DNA of 64,000 bases from an uncultured SAR86 cluster bacterium (GTDB taxonomy: Bacteria > Pseudomonadota > Gammaproteobacteria > Magnimaribacterales > AG-339-G14): assembly GCA_902523885.1 (NCBI GenBank), contig CABZAV010000001.1, positions 114,208 to 178,207 on the forward strand, in the 5' to 3' direction. This document shows, in pieces, positions 10,215-19,672 of the stretch (positions are counted from its first letter, which is position 1; each line of letters starts with the position of its first letter). The notes under the pieces were generated by a model that was not told where the DNA came from, searched no databases, and saw only the letters and a program-made list of their open reading frames with translations. Made by a program: the position numbers and the translations under genes.

Positions 10215-11477
10215 ATGAAAGATAAAAATAATATTTCTGATTTGAAAGCTATCTTAGATAGTGCGCAAGCTACAAAAGAAGAGCTCAGAAGCGCTTCTAA
10301 AAATCAAAAAGATGAATCTTTAAAAAAAGCTGCAGAAAGCATTGATTCCAGTAGGGAAACTTTAAAAGCTGCTAACGAAAAAGATATGGAGGCTGCGAGC
10401 ACTTTAAACTTACAAGATAGCTTTATTGATAGATTAAAGCTAGACGATAAACGAATTGATTCAATGATTTCTGGATTAAAAAAAGTTATTGATTTGAATG
10501 ATCCTGTTGGAGAAATGACAGATAAATCTAAATCTCCTTCAGGATTTTTAGTTAGCAAAATGAGAGTTCCTTTAGGAGTGATTGGAATAATTTATGAATC
10601 TAGACCAAATGTAACCGCTGATGCATCTGCGCTTTGTTTGAAATCAGGAAATGCTTGCATTTTGAGAGGAGGAACAGAAGCATCTGAGACTAATCAAGCT
10701 ATTGAAAAATGTATGATTGATGGACTTGTTGCAGTTGATTTGCCAAGTAAAGCGATACAGTTATTAAAAAATCAAGATAGAGAGCTAGTAACTCAATTAA
10801 TCAAATCCGAAAATCAAGTAGATTTGATCATTCCAAGAGGTGGGAAAAGTTTGATCAAAGTGATCGCAGAGGATTCCATGGTCCCGGTATTAAAGCATTA
10901 TGAAGGTTTATGTCACGTATTCGTTGATGAAAATGCTGACCTAAATAAAGCTATTGATATTTCTTTGAACGCCAAAGTTTATAGATATGGAATTTGTGGC
11001 GCAATGGAAACTCTTTTAGTTGCTAAATCTATTGCAAATGAATTTTTGCCTCTGATCTTCGATGAGTTTAAAAAATACGAAGTTGAACTGAGGGGATGTG
11101 AAAAGACTAATGAAATTTTAAATATAAACTTAGCAACCGAAGAAGATTGGAAAACTGAATATCTTGAACCGATTCTTTCTATAAAAGTTGTGGACGGTAT
11201 TAGTGAAGCTATTAGCCATATAAATCATTTTGGTTCTGGGCATACAGATTGCATCGTTACCGAAGATGATTCTGCAAAAAAAACATTTTTGACTAATGTT
11301 GATTCTAGTTCTGTGATGCATAATTTACCTACTTGTTATGCCGACGGCTTTGAGTACGGTTTAGGGGCTGAAGTAGGAATATCTACAGACAAACTTCATG
11401 CAAGGGGTCCCGTAGGTCTTGAGGGTCTTACAAGTCAAAAATTCATTGTTGAAGGATCCGGTCAATTAAGAAAATAA
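10215..11477 (+). CDS. proA: Gamma-glutamyl phosphate reductase
   Basis: VPLGVIGIIYESRPNVT, IPRGG, CGAMET and GAEVGISTDKLHARGPVGL motifs. Start moved to ATG 10215. Confidence 0.96.
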   Translation: MKDKNNISDLKAILDSAQATKEELRSASKNQKDESLKKAAESIDSSRETLKAANEKDMEAASTLNLQDSFIDRLKLDDKRIDSMISGLKKVIDLNDPVGEMTDKSKSPSGFLVSKMRVPLGVIGIIYESRPNVTADASALCLKSGNACILRGGTEASETNQAIEKCMIDGLVAVDLPSKAIQLLKNQDRELVTQLIKSENQVDLIIPRGGKSLIKVIAEDSMVPVLKHYEGLCHVFVDENADLNKAIDISLNAKVYRYGICGAMETLLVAKSIANEFLPLIFDEFKKYEVELRGCEKTNEILNINLATEEDWKTEYLEPILSIKVVDGISEAISHINHFGSGHTDCIVTEDDSAKKTFLTNVDSSSVMHNLPTCYADGFEYGLGAEVGISTDKLHARGPVGLEGLTSQKFIVEGSGQLRK

Positions 11478-11484
11478 TATTTGA

Positions 11485-12117
11485 ATGTCTAAAACCATAG
11501 GAATTTTCGGGGGAGCTTTTGATCCTGTTCATATTGGACATTCTAAATTAGTGCTAGATATTCAAAATATTATTGATTTTGAAAAAATATTTGTAGTGCC
11601 ATCGGGGAATCCAGTCTTCAAAGATTCTCATTTTATTGATTCAGAAAAAAGAATTGAAATGCTTAATATAGCTTTCAAAGATATTGAAAATGTTTACATA
11701 GATAATCGAGAAACTTTGAAAAAAGGAGTTTCTTTTACCATTGAAACTTTAAAGGAATATCGAAGCGAATATAGAAAAGAACAACATTTTAGTTTAATTT
11801 TAGGGCATGACGCTTTTGCCTCTTTCAAAAATTGGAAGAATTGGAGTGAGATACTTAATCTTTCTTCTCTAATTGTAGTTAGTAGACCGAATTGTGATTT
11901 TCTAGAAGGTTATTTGGATGATTTCAAAAAAAATATTACATTATCGAATTCTGATTTTTTAAGCGGGCATGGAAAAATTAATTTTTTGGAAACTTCTCTG
12001 CTTGATATTTCTTCCAGTGATGTTAGAAAAACAATTAATAATCAAGATTTTAAGCAAGATATTTTAGATGCAGATGTTTATGAGTACATTAAAAAAAATT
12101 CTCTTTATAAAAACTAA
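11485..12117 (+). CDS. nadD: Nicotinate-nucleotide adenylyltransferase
   Basis: FGGAFDPVHIGH, SFTIETL and ISSSDVR motifs; proA-nadD-rsfS synteny. Confidence 0.95.
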   Translation: MSKTIGIFGGAFDPVHIGHSKLVLDIQNIIDFEKIFVVPSGNPVFKDSHFIDSEKRIEMLNIAFKDIENVYIDNRETLKKGVSFTIETLKEYRSEYRKEQHFSLILGHDAFASFKNWKNWSEILNLSSLIVVSRPNCDFLEGYLDDFKKNITLSNSDFLSGHGKINFLETSLLDISSSDVRKTINNQDFKQDILDADVYEYIKKNSLYKN

Positions 12118-12441
12118 ATGGATAAAAAACTAAAAAATCTTATAAAAAAAAATTTAGAGGAATTAAAAGCTATCGATACCAAAATTTTAGATCTTTCTAA
12201 AATTGATGCTTTTACAGATCAACTAATCATTACTACTGGTACTTCAAAGCCCCACATATCTGCAATTTCTAAAAAAATTACCGAAGTTTTAAAAACAAAT
12301 AAAGTTAAAGTTTATGGATATGAAGGCAGAGGTTCGAAAGATTGGGTATTGATAGATTTAGGAGAAGTTGTATTGAATATTATGTCATCCTCTGCAAGAG
12401 AATTATACGATCTAGAAAGTTTGTGGGACCCCAATTTGTAA
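12118..12441 (+). CDS. rsfS: Ribosome silencing factor
   Basis: ELKAID, WVLIDLGEV and RELYDLESLW motifs. Confidence 0.95.
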   Translation: MDKKLKNLIKKNLEELKAIDTKILDLSKIDAFTDQLIITTGTSKPHISAISKKITEVLKTNKVKVYGYEGRGSKDWVLIDLGEVVLNIMSSSARELYDLESLWDPNL

Positions 12442-14249
12442 TGTCTATTTTCGATAATAAAAAAGAGACAAATGAGACATATAGAATTGTTATTTTTTTA
12501 AGCCCTTTTTTAATTTTACTTTTTTTAGCTTCTTTACAGATATTAAACCTTTCTTATTTTAACGCTGACACATTTAAAACTCAGTCAGAATCAAATAGAT
12601 TGTACCAATCAAAAATTATCCCCCAAAGAGGATTTATTTTTGATTCAAAAAATACACTGCTAGTTGAAAATAATATCCAACAAGATTTAGAAATTAATCC
12701 TAGCTTTATAGAAAATCCTAGAATTTTTTTAAAACAAATTGCTGATTTGCTTGAACTAAATTTAAATAAAATCGAAAGTGATTTTTATATCAGAGCAACG
12801 GGTAAAAGTCCTAATGAACCATACATTTTAATTAAGGATTTGAATGAAAAACAAATTGCAAAACTTAGTGTTAATTTAAAAAAAATTAAAGGAGCTGAAA
12901 TTATCTCTTCATTTTCAAGAAATGTGATTCATAAGGAAATAATGGCTCCAGTCATTGGGTATGTTGGAAATATTTCAAGAGAGGATGTTTTTAATAATCC
13001 GGAATTGTCACAATTTAGAAGTTTAAAAATCGGCAAGACTGGCGTTGAGAAAGATTTTGATTCAATTCTTCGTGGAAATATGGGTTACAGAATTCAGGAA
13101 AGGGACTCAAATGGCAAATTAATTAGAAATATTTCGTTAGAACCACCTATTAAAGGAAAGGATTTACGACTATCGATTGATTTAGATCTTCAAAAAAAGC
13201 TTTTTTCTGATTTTAAAGGCAGAAAAGGAGCTTTAGTTGCCATTGAGCCTAAAACTGGGTTAATTAGAGCCCTTATAAGCTCTCCAACCTATGACCCAAA
13301 CTTGCTAAATACAATTAATGATTATGAAGAAGTAAAAAACCTATTTGCTGACAAAGACAGCCCTCTTTTCAATAGGGCTTTATCAGGACAATATCCTCCA
13401 GCATCAACATTAAAACCTTTTGTAGGAATGGCTGCCTTAGAAGCTCAAACGATTTCTTGGGAAAAACAAATCACTGATTCTGGTGAGTATTATGTCGAAG
13501 GAGATGAGAGGCCTTATAAAGGTTGGAAAGAGGGTGGACATGGAAATGTCGATATGAAAAAAGCAATTGTAGAATCATCAGATGTTTATTTTTACTCCTT
13601 AGCGTATGACCTTACGATAAATAATCTTTCTCCTTTTTTGGAGAAATTTGGTTATGGAAAGCAAAGTGGATTGACCGAAAATGAAGCTAAAGGAATTTTG
13701 CCATCAAGAAAATGGAAGTTGGGATATATCGGTGAAGCATGGTTTAAAGGAGACACTATAAATATGGGAATTGGGCAAGGTTATATTACGGCAACTCCGA
13801 TACAAATTGCGTTAGCTTATGCAGCCTTGGCAAACAAAGGAGAAATAGTTAAGCCAAGAATTATCGAAAAGGTTGGAAACGATTCCACGGAAAAAGTTTC
13901 AAAATTAAGTATATCTCTTAGTGATAATAAAAATTGGAAAAGAATAGAAGAAGCCCTGTTAGGAGTTGTGGAGGCTTCAAACGGAACGGCTAATAATATT
14001 TATGATAGAAGTATTAGAATCGCAGGAAAAACTGGAACAGCTCAAGTGAAGAGTATTGGTGAGACAGAATATAAATTTCTTAGAGAAGACGAGTCACTTA
14101 GAGATCATGCGTTATTTGTTGGATATGGACCAGTCGAAGATCCAAAATTAGTTGTAGTAGCAATAATTGAAAATGGCGAATCCGGCAGCGCTGTGGCTGC
14201 TCCTCTTGTCAGAAAAGCGATTAATTTATATTCAAAAAATGAGAAATAG
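12441..14249 (+). CDS. mrdA: Penicillin-binding protein 2 (peptidoglycan D,D-transpeptidase)
   Basis: PQRGFI, YPPASTLKP (SxxK), SSDVYFY and AGKTGTAQV motifs. Start reassigned to ATG 12441 (TAATG overlap with rsfS). Confidence 0.95.
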   Translation: MSIFDNKKETNETYRIVIFLSPFLILLFLASLQILNLSYFNADTFKTQSESNRLYQSKIIPQRGFIFDSKNTLLVENNIQQDLEINPSFIENPRIFLKQIADLLELNLNKIESDFYIRATGKSPNEPYILIKDLNEKQIAKLSVNLKKIKGAEIISSFSRNVIHKEIMAPVIGYVGNISREDVFNNPELSQFRSLKIGKTGVEKDFDSILRGNMGYRIQERDSNGKLIRNISLEPPIKGKDLRLSIDLDLQKKLFSDFKGRKGALVAIEPKTGLIRALISSPTYDPNLLNTINDYEEVKNLFADKDSPLFNRALSGQYPPASTLKPFVGMAALEAQTISWEKQITDSGEYYVEGDERPYKGWKEGGHGNVDMKKAIVESSDVYFYSLAYDLTINNLSPFLEKFGYGKQSGLTENEAKGILPSRKWKLGYIGEAWFKGDTINMGIGQGYITATPIQIALAYAALANKGEIVKPRIIEKVGNDSTEKVSKLSISLSDNKNWKRIEEALLGVVEASNGTANNIYDRSIRIAGKTGTAQVKSIGETEYKFLREDESLRDHALFVGYGPVEDPKLVVVAIIENGESGSAVAAPLVRKAINLYSKNEK

Positions 14250-15345
14250 TCCGTTAAGTTTTTCTGTAAATTTAAAAATCGATAAGAGTCAAAATAATTC
14301 TTCTCAATTTGATTATTGGATTTTATTTAGCATAATTTTTCTTTGTTCTTTTGGATTGGCGATGATTTATAGTTCTAGTAACTCACTAGAGATGACTATA
14401 AGGCAGGGCGCTTATTTTTTTTTAGGGCTTATAGGAATGCTACTTTTAGCATTTTCAAATTTCAGAAAAATGGAAGTTTTTTATTTGCATAGTTTTTGGC
14501 CAGCTTTATTCCTTCTTATTATTGTTTTATTTTTTCCATCAGAAAATTCTAAAACTAGTAGATGGATAGATTTAGGCTTATTCACATTTCAGCCTTCAGA
14601 GCTAATGAGATTTATTTTACCAATTTCTGCTGCGTCCTTTCTAACTAAAAATTTAAAGACCAAAATGAAAGATATGTGGCTTGTAATTTTTGTTACTTTA
14701 ATTTGTTTCTATTTAGTTGTCATTCAGCCTGATTTAGGGACTTCTATTATTATTTTATTAGCCGGCTTATTGCCAGTTGTCATTTCAGGTTTTCCTTGGA
14801 TTTATATCCTTTTTGGAGGATTTTTAGCCACGTTATCTTTACCTTTAATTTGGATGAGTTTATACGATTATCAAAAACAAAGAATATTAACTTTATTTAA
14901 TCCCGAAGCTGATATTTACGGAGCAGGCTGGAATATAGTTCAATCAAAAATAGCCGTTGGCTCAGGCGGATTATTTGGTAAGGGTTTTTTAAATGGCTCT
15001 CAAAGTCAATTAAACTTCATACCAGAAAGTCATTCAGATTTTATTTTTTCTGTTATCGCAGAAGAGTTTGGTTTGTTAGGCATCAGCATTCTTTTTCTTA
15101 TTTATGGAATCTTAATTTACAGATTATTGATGGTCTCATTTTACAGCTCTAATAAATTTGCAAAAATTGTTTCAGGGACTTTATCAATAATTCTTTTAGC
15201 GTATATTTCTATTAATATCTCTATGGTAATAGGCTTGCTTCCAGTTGTAGGGATGCCTTTGCCATTTTTAAGTCAGGGAGGAACTGCATTGGTAGTAAAT
15301 TTGTTAACGATTGGCATTATCTTATCGCTCAGAAAAGAGGTTTAG
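14239..15345 (+). CDS. rodA: Rod shape-determining protein RodA (SEDS glycosyltransferase)
   Basis: RWIDLG..FQPSE, QPDLGT, QSKIAVGSGG, PESHSDFIF and GMPLPFLSQGG motifs; likely ATG 14239. Confidence 0.95.
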   Translation: MRNSPLSFSVNLKIDKSQNNSSQFDYWILFSIIFLCSFGLAMIYSSSNSLEMTIRQGAYFFLGLIGMLLLAFSNFRKMEVFYLHSFWPALFLLIIVLFFPSENSKTSRWIDLGLFTFQPSELMRFILPISAASFLTKNLKTKMKDMWLVIFVTLICFYLVVIQPDLGTSIIILLAGLLPVVISGFPWIYILFGGFLATLSLPLIWMSLYDYQKQRILTLFNPEADIYGAGWNIVQSKIAVGSGGLFGKGFLNGSQSQLNFIPESHSDFIFSVIAEEFGLLGISILFLIYGILIYRLLMVSFYSSNKFAKIVSGTLSIILLAYISINISMVIGLLPVVGMPLPFLSQGGTALVVNLLTIGIILSLRKEV

Positions 15346-16317
15346 ATGAAGACATTTTTTTACCTGTTTGCGGTTCTGTTTCTTAGTCATTTATCCTTTG
15401 CTAATTATCTTGATAGAGACGATGTTCAAGATTTTATAGATTTCATGCATATTGAACATGGCTTTTCTAAAGAGTATGTTTCTAAAGCTTTATCTCAGGC
15501 AAGTAAGCAGCAAAAAATAATAGATTTAATGAATAACCCTTCTGAAAAAGTAACTTCTTGGGATGATTATAAAAAAAGGGTTTCAATAACTAGAATTCAA
15601 AATGGAATAAGATTTATAAAGGCTTATAAAAAGTGGTTTATAAAAGCCGAAGAGGAGTTCGGAATACCTCGAGAAATAGTAGCAGCAATAATTGGGCTAG
15701 AAACTAATTATGGCGGCTACAAAGGAAATACGAGAGTAATTGATGCGCTAGCTACAGCTGCATTTGACTACCCAAGAAGAAGAAACTTTTTTAAAACTCA
15801 ATTAGAAGAGTTTTTTTTATTAACCAGAGAGGAAAATTTTGATCCTCTTGTCATCAAGGGCTCTTACGCTGGAGCCATGGGTTTTGCACAATTTATGCCT
15901 GATAATTATAGAAGACTTGCAGTAGACTTCGACGGCGATGGAAAAAAAGATATTTTGAGTAATCCAGCAGATGCAATTGGAAGTGTTGCTAATTTCTTGA
16001 GTTCTACCAAAGGAAATAAGAGAGGTTGGGAAAGAAATGGATTTATTGCTATCGAGGCAGATCCAAAAAAAAGAAATAAATCTATAAAATCGTCCTTTAA
16101 GTTAAGGTCTTACGAAGATTTAGATATTAAAGCAAAAGAAAATTTTGATTTTTATGATGAGTATATTCAGATTTCATTATTTCCAAATGACGATTCAAAA
16201 GATGAATTTTGGCTTGGAGATAAAAACCTTTACGCAATAACAAGATATAATCCTAGCAGCAAATATGCAATGACTGTCTTTCTTTTAAGTGAACAAATAG
16301 CAAAAATAGGAAATTAA
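15346..16317 (+). CDS. mltB: Lytic murein transglycosylase B
   Basis: IIGLETNYG, GSYAGAMG.AQFMP, AVDFDGDG and ITRYN motifs. Confidence 0.95.
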   Translation: MKTFFYLFAVLFLSHLSFANYLDRDDVQDFIDFMHIEHGFSKEYVSKALSQASKQQKIIDLMNNPSEKVTSWDDYKKRVSITRIQNGIRFIKAYKKWFIKAEEEFGIPREIVAAIIGLETNYGGYKGNTRVIDALATAAFDYPRRRNFFKTQLEEFFLLTREENFDPLVIKGSYAGAMGFAQFMPDNYRRLAVDFDGDGKKDILSNPADAIGSVANFLSSTKGNKRGWERNGFIAIEADPKKRNKSIKSSFKLRSYEDLDIKAKENFDFYDEYIQISLFPNDDSKDEFWLGDKNLYAITRYNPSSKYAMTVFLLSEQIAKIGN

Positions 16318-16319
16318 AT

Positions 16320-17471
16320 ATGAAAAAAATAGCTCTGGTTTTTCTTTTAATTACACAAAATATTTTTTCTCAGGCTTTAATACCAAATCCTCCAGAGGTT
16401 TCTGCAACAAGTTTTCTTCTTATTGATGCAAAAACTAAAACAGTCATAACATCAAACGAACCAAATCAATCAACTGGCCTTGCTAGCATCACTAAAATAA
16501 TGACCTCTTATGTGGTGGCTGATCAAATTTCTAAAGGGTTTATAACAGAAGATACTATGGTAGACATAAGTGAAGAATGCTGGCGCATGGAAGGATCACG
16601 AATGTTTATAAAAGAAGGAACCGAAGTATCCATTTCAGAATTACTTAAAGGAGTAATTATACAATCTGGAAACGATGCTAGTTGTGCATTGGCAGAAAAA
16701 ATAGCAGGCTCTCAATCCGCATTTGCAGATCTAATGAATAATTATGCTCGACAATTAGGTTTAGATAATACGAATTTTGTAAATCCAACAGGGCTTCCTG
16801 ATATTAATCACTACTCTACGGCTAATGATATTGCAAAACTCAGCATAAGATTGATAGAGGATTTTCCTGACAACTATGCCTTATTCAAGGAGAAGGAATA
16901 TACTTTCAATAATATAAGGCAATTAAATAGAAATAGTCTTTTATGGCAAGACGACTCAATAGATGGAATAAAAACCGGACACACAAATGATTCAGGTTAT
17001 TGTTTAGTTGCTTCGGCAAAAAGGGATGAGATGAGGCTGATTGCAGTAACTTTAAATAGTGCTTCTGAGAAAACAAGATTACAAGACAGCAGACGGCTAC
17101 TAGATTATGGTTTTAGGTTTTTTAAAACCAAAAAAGTCTTGTCAAAGTCTCAGGAAGTCTCAACTGTTGATGTCTGGGCTGGATCAAAAGATAAATTGTC
17201 TATTGGCCCAAAAGAGGATATTTATCTGACACTGACAAAACCTCAATTTAAAAATATAGAGATGATAGTTTCTAAAAATCTTGGAATAACTGCTCCGATT
17301 GAAGAAGGAGATATGATAGATAGGTTGGATATTTCAATAAACAATGAAGTTAACTCTTCTTTTGATTTAGTTGCTCTTGAAAACATTAATACAGAAGGAT
17401 TCATATGGCCGTATCTAGAATCATTAGCTTTTTATGTATATTCTTTTTTCATGCAAGATGAAGTTAAATAA
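16320..17471 (+). CDS. dacA: D-alanyl-D-alanine carboxypeptidase (PBP5/6 family)
   Basis: ASITKIMT (SxxK), QSGNDA (SxN) and GIKTGHT (KTG) motifs. The choice between dacA and dacC paralog names is uncertain. Confidence 0.9.
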   Translation: MKKIALVFLLITQNIFSQALIPNPPEVSATSFLLIDAKTKTVITSNEPNQSTGLASITKIMTSYVVADQISKGFITEDTMVDISEECWRMEGSRMFIKEGTEVSISELLKGVIIQSGNDASCALAEKIAGSQSAFADLMNNYARQLGLDNTNFVNPTGLPDINHYSTANDIAKLSIRLIEDFPDNYALFKEKEYTFNNIRQLNRNSLLWQDDSIDGIKTGHTNDSGYCLVASAKRDEMRLIAVTLNSASEKTRLQDSRRLLDYGFRFFKTKKVLSKSQEVSTVDVWAGSKDKLSIGPKEDIYLTLTKPQFKNIEMIVSKNLGITAPIEEGDMIDRLDISINNEVNSSFDLVALENINTEGFIWPYLESLAFYVYSFFMQDEVK

Positions 17472-18305
17472 ATGTCAGTCTGTTATTTAAATGGAGAATT
17501 TCTAAATTTAAAAGATGCAAAAATTTCTCCCCTAGATCGAGGATTTCTATTTGGCGATTCTATATATGAAGTCTTTGCCGCCTACGATAAAAAAGTTTTT
17601 AAAATTGAAGAGCACCTTGATAGATTTTTTGTTAATTTAAAGGAAATTAAGTTAACGTCTAATATCTCTCGTCAAGAATTAAAAAACATCATTGAATTAG
17701 TAATCCAAAAAAATGAACTAAGTAATCAAATCATTTATTTGCAAATCTCGAGAGGTTACGAAGCAATTAGAAACCATATACCAAACATCAAATCCGAATC
17801 GACCGTTTTCATTTGTTCTTTTCCTTTAAAAGATTTGCCAAACCAAAATTCAAATAAAGTAAAAATAAGTTTAAGAGAGGACTTTCGTTGGAGAAAAAGT
17901 AATGTTAAATCTACGTCTCTGCTGGCAAATGTACTTTATAAAATTCAGGCGAATGAAGAAAATTTTGATGAAATCGTTCTTTACGATAATGGCTTCATTA
18001 CTGAGGGCTCTGTTAGCAATGTGTTTTGTGTAAAAGATAAGAAAGTAATTACGCCTTCTTTACAGAATAATATCCTTCCAGGAGTCACAAGATCAGTAAT
18101 AATTGATATCGTCAAAAAATTAAAAATTCCTATTTCGGAATCAAGAATGAGTGTTGAAGATTTAAAGATCGCTGATGAAACCTGGATTACAAATACAACC
18201 AAAGGAATACTTCTGGTCTCTGAAATTGACCAAAACAAAGTCACTTGTGTAGGTGAAATTTTTAAAAAAGTACAAGAAAAATTTATCCAAGAAACTCTGG
18301 CTTGA
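17472..18305 (+). CDS. Class IV aminotransferase, D-amino-acid aminotransferase-like
   Basis: DRGFLFGDSIYEV, YLQISRG, KSTSLLAN, EGSVSN and ILPGVTR motifs; located in the cell-wall operon. Confidence 0.85.
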   Translation: MSVCYLNGEFLNLKDAKISPLDRGFLFGDSIYEVFAAYDKKVFKIEEHLDRFFVNLKEIKLTSNISRQELKNIIELVIQKNELSNQIIYLQISRGYEAIRNHIPNIKSESTVFICSFPLKDLPNQNSNKVKISLREDFRWRKSNVKSTSLLANVLYKIQANEENFDEIVLYDNGFITEGSVSNVFCVKDKKVITPSLQNNILPGVTRSVIIDIVKKLKIPISESRMSVEDLKIADETWITNTTKGILLVSEIDQNKVTCVGEIFKKVQEKFIQETLA

Positions 18306-19203
18306 TAAATTCAATAATTATTCTTTCAGCACTTTTCCAAAAATTATCATTGCCTTTTTTAAAATTGACATCCAAAGAAGCTATCTTTTTTTTGAAATAA
18401 ATAATTTGATTTGTGTTTAATTTATTTGTTTTTAATTTTAGATTATCTAGGTAATCAAATGGTCCACTAAACTTAGAAGTTGAATCTTCTTTCAAGAAAG
18501 AAATTCTCTCTATTTCTCGAAAAAGGCCCCAAATAATAAGGGCTTCAGATCCTCTTTGAAGTTTAAGATGCTCAAGTATTTTTAGAGATTCCTCAAGATC
18601 TCCTTTTAAGATGGAATTAGATAAATTAAAAATGTCGAAATTTGAGTTTTCAGAAATGAAATTACTCTCAGAATTGTTGTTTAAGGTTTTAATCATTTTC
18701 AGTTCTTGATAGGAAGAAACTAAATTTCCTTGAGTTTTTTCAATTATTAGATCAATTTGTTCTTCAGAAATCGAGATATTAAATCTTTTCGAAAGATTCT
18801 TTAGCCAAGCTTTTTTTTGGTTGGGCCATATTTTTTGAACTTCAACCTCTTCACTATAATTTAAAAGTTTTTTAAACCAGACTCTGCTTTTGATTCTCTC
18901 TATTCCTATTACAGAAATAACTAAGCTGGTTGTTTCTGACAAGTTTTTACAGAATTCTTCTAATAATTCTCCTTCGCTTTTAGATGGAGAATTTTCTAGC
19001 CTGAGATCGATTATTTTTTTTGAAGAAAATAAGTCACTGAGTTGTTCTGTCATTAACTCTTCATAAGAAAAAGAATTTTTGGAAAAAAAAATTTTTCTCT
19101 CTTCAAAGCCATTTTTTTTTAATTCAAAGACTAATCTGTTCCTTTCAAGCTCTATAAGAAAATCTTCCGGACCATGAACAAGAAATATATTTTTTTTAAT
19201 CAT
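18283..19203 (-). CDS. holA: DNA polymerase III subunit delta
   Basis: LVHGPEDFL, DLFSSKKII and GNL...QEL motifs; leuS-lptE-holA synteny. Start likely 19203. Confidence 0.88.
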   Translation of the reverse strand: MIKKNIFLVHGPEDFLIELERNRLVFELKKNGFEERKIFFSKNSFSYEELMTEQLSDLFSSKKIIDLRLENSPSKSEGELLEEFCKNLSETTSLVISVIGIERIKSRVWFKKLLNYSEEVEVQKIWPNQKKAWLKNLSKRFNISISEEQIDLIIEKTQGNLVSSYQELKMIKTLNNNSESNFISENSNFDIFNLSNSILKGDLEESLKILEHLKLQRGSEALIIWGLFREIERISFLKEDSTSKFSGPFDYLDNLKLKTNKLNTNQIIYFKKKIASLDVNFKKGNDNFWKSAERIIIEFIKPEFLG

Positions 19204-19669
19204 TGAAGTATAAATAAAGAAAATTTCTGAGTTGATTTTGAGCTTCAAAAAAGAACATTAATTGAAGTTCTTCCATTTTTTTTTCATTTGATAATATTTT
19301 ATTTGTATCATATGGAAAAATTTCCGAAGAACGAAAATTAAATTCTCTGCTTTTACTAGACTTAGTAATTTGCATTGAAATTTCATAATCCATCGTTCCG
19401 GTTGCAGCAAAGAAATTTCTATCTGTAGCTCCAGTATATTTAGTAATTGTATGTTCAAGAATAGTTATATTTATATCAGCATCCTTCGAATCTGAAAATT
19501 GGAAGTTTAAAAAACCACTTTTCTTCCGCATTTCATTTATAAATTGATTATTTAATAAAGTCTCTTCGTAAAAAATAAAAACTTCAAAAGGTTCTTTCTT
19601 AGAAGAATCTATTGGAGAAAATCCACAAGAAATCAGGATGAAAGAGATTAAAACAATTAAGGGCTTCAT
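19196..19669 (-). CDS. lptE: LPS assembly lipoprotein LptE
   Basis: Lipobox LISCGF; located between leuS and holA; sequence is divergent. Confidence 0.82.
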   Translation of the reverse strand: MKPLIVLISFILISCGFSPIDSSKKEPFEVFIFYEETLLNNQFINEMRKKSGFLNFQFSDSKDADINITILEHTITKYTGATDRNFFAATGTMDYEISMQITKSSKSREFNFRSSEIFPYDTNKILSNEKKMEELQLMFFFEAQNQLRNFLYLYFND

Positions 19670-19672
19670 TTA

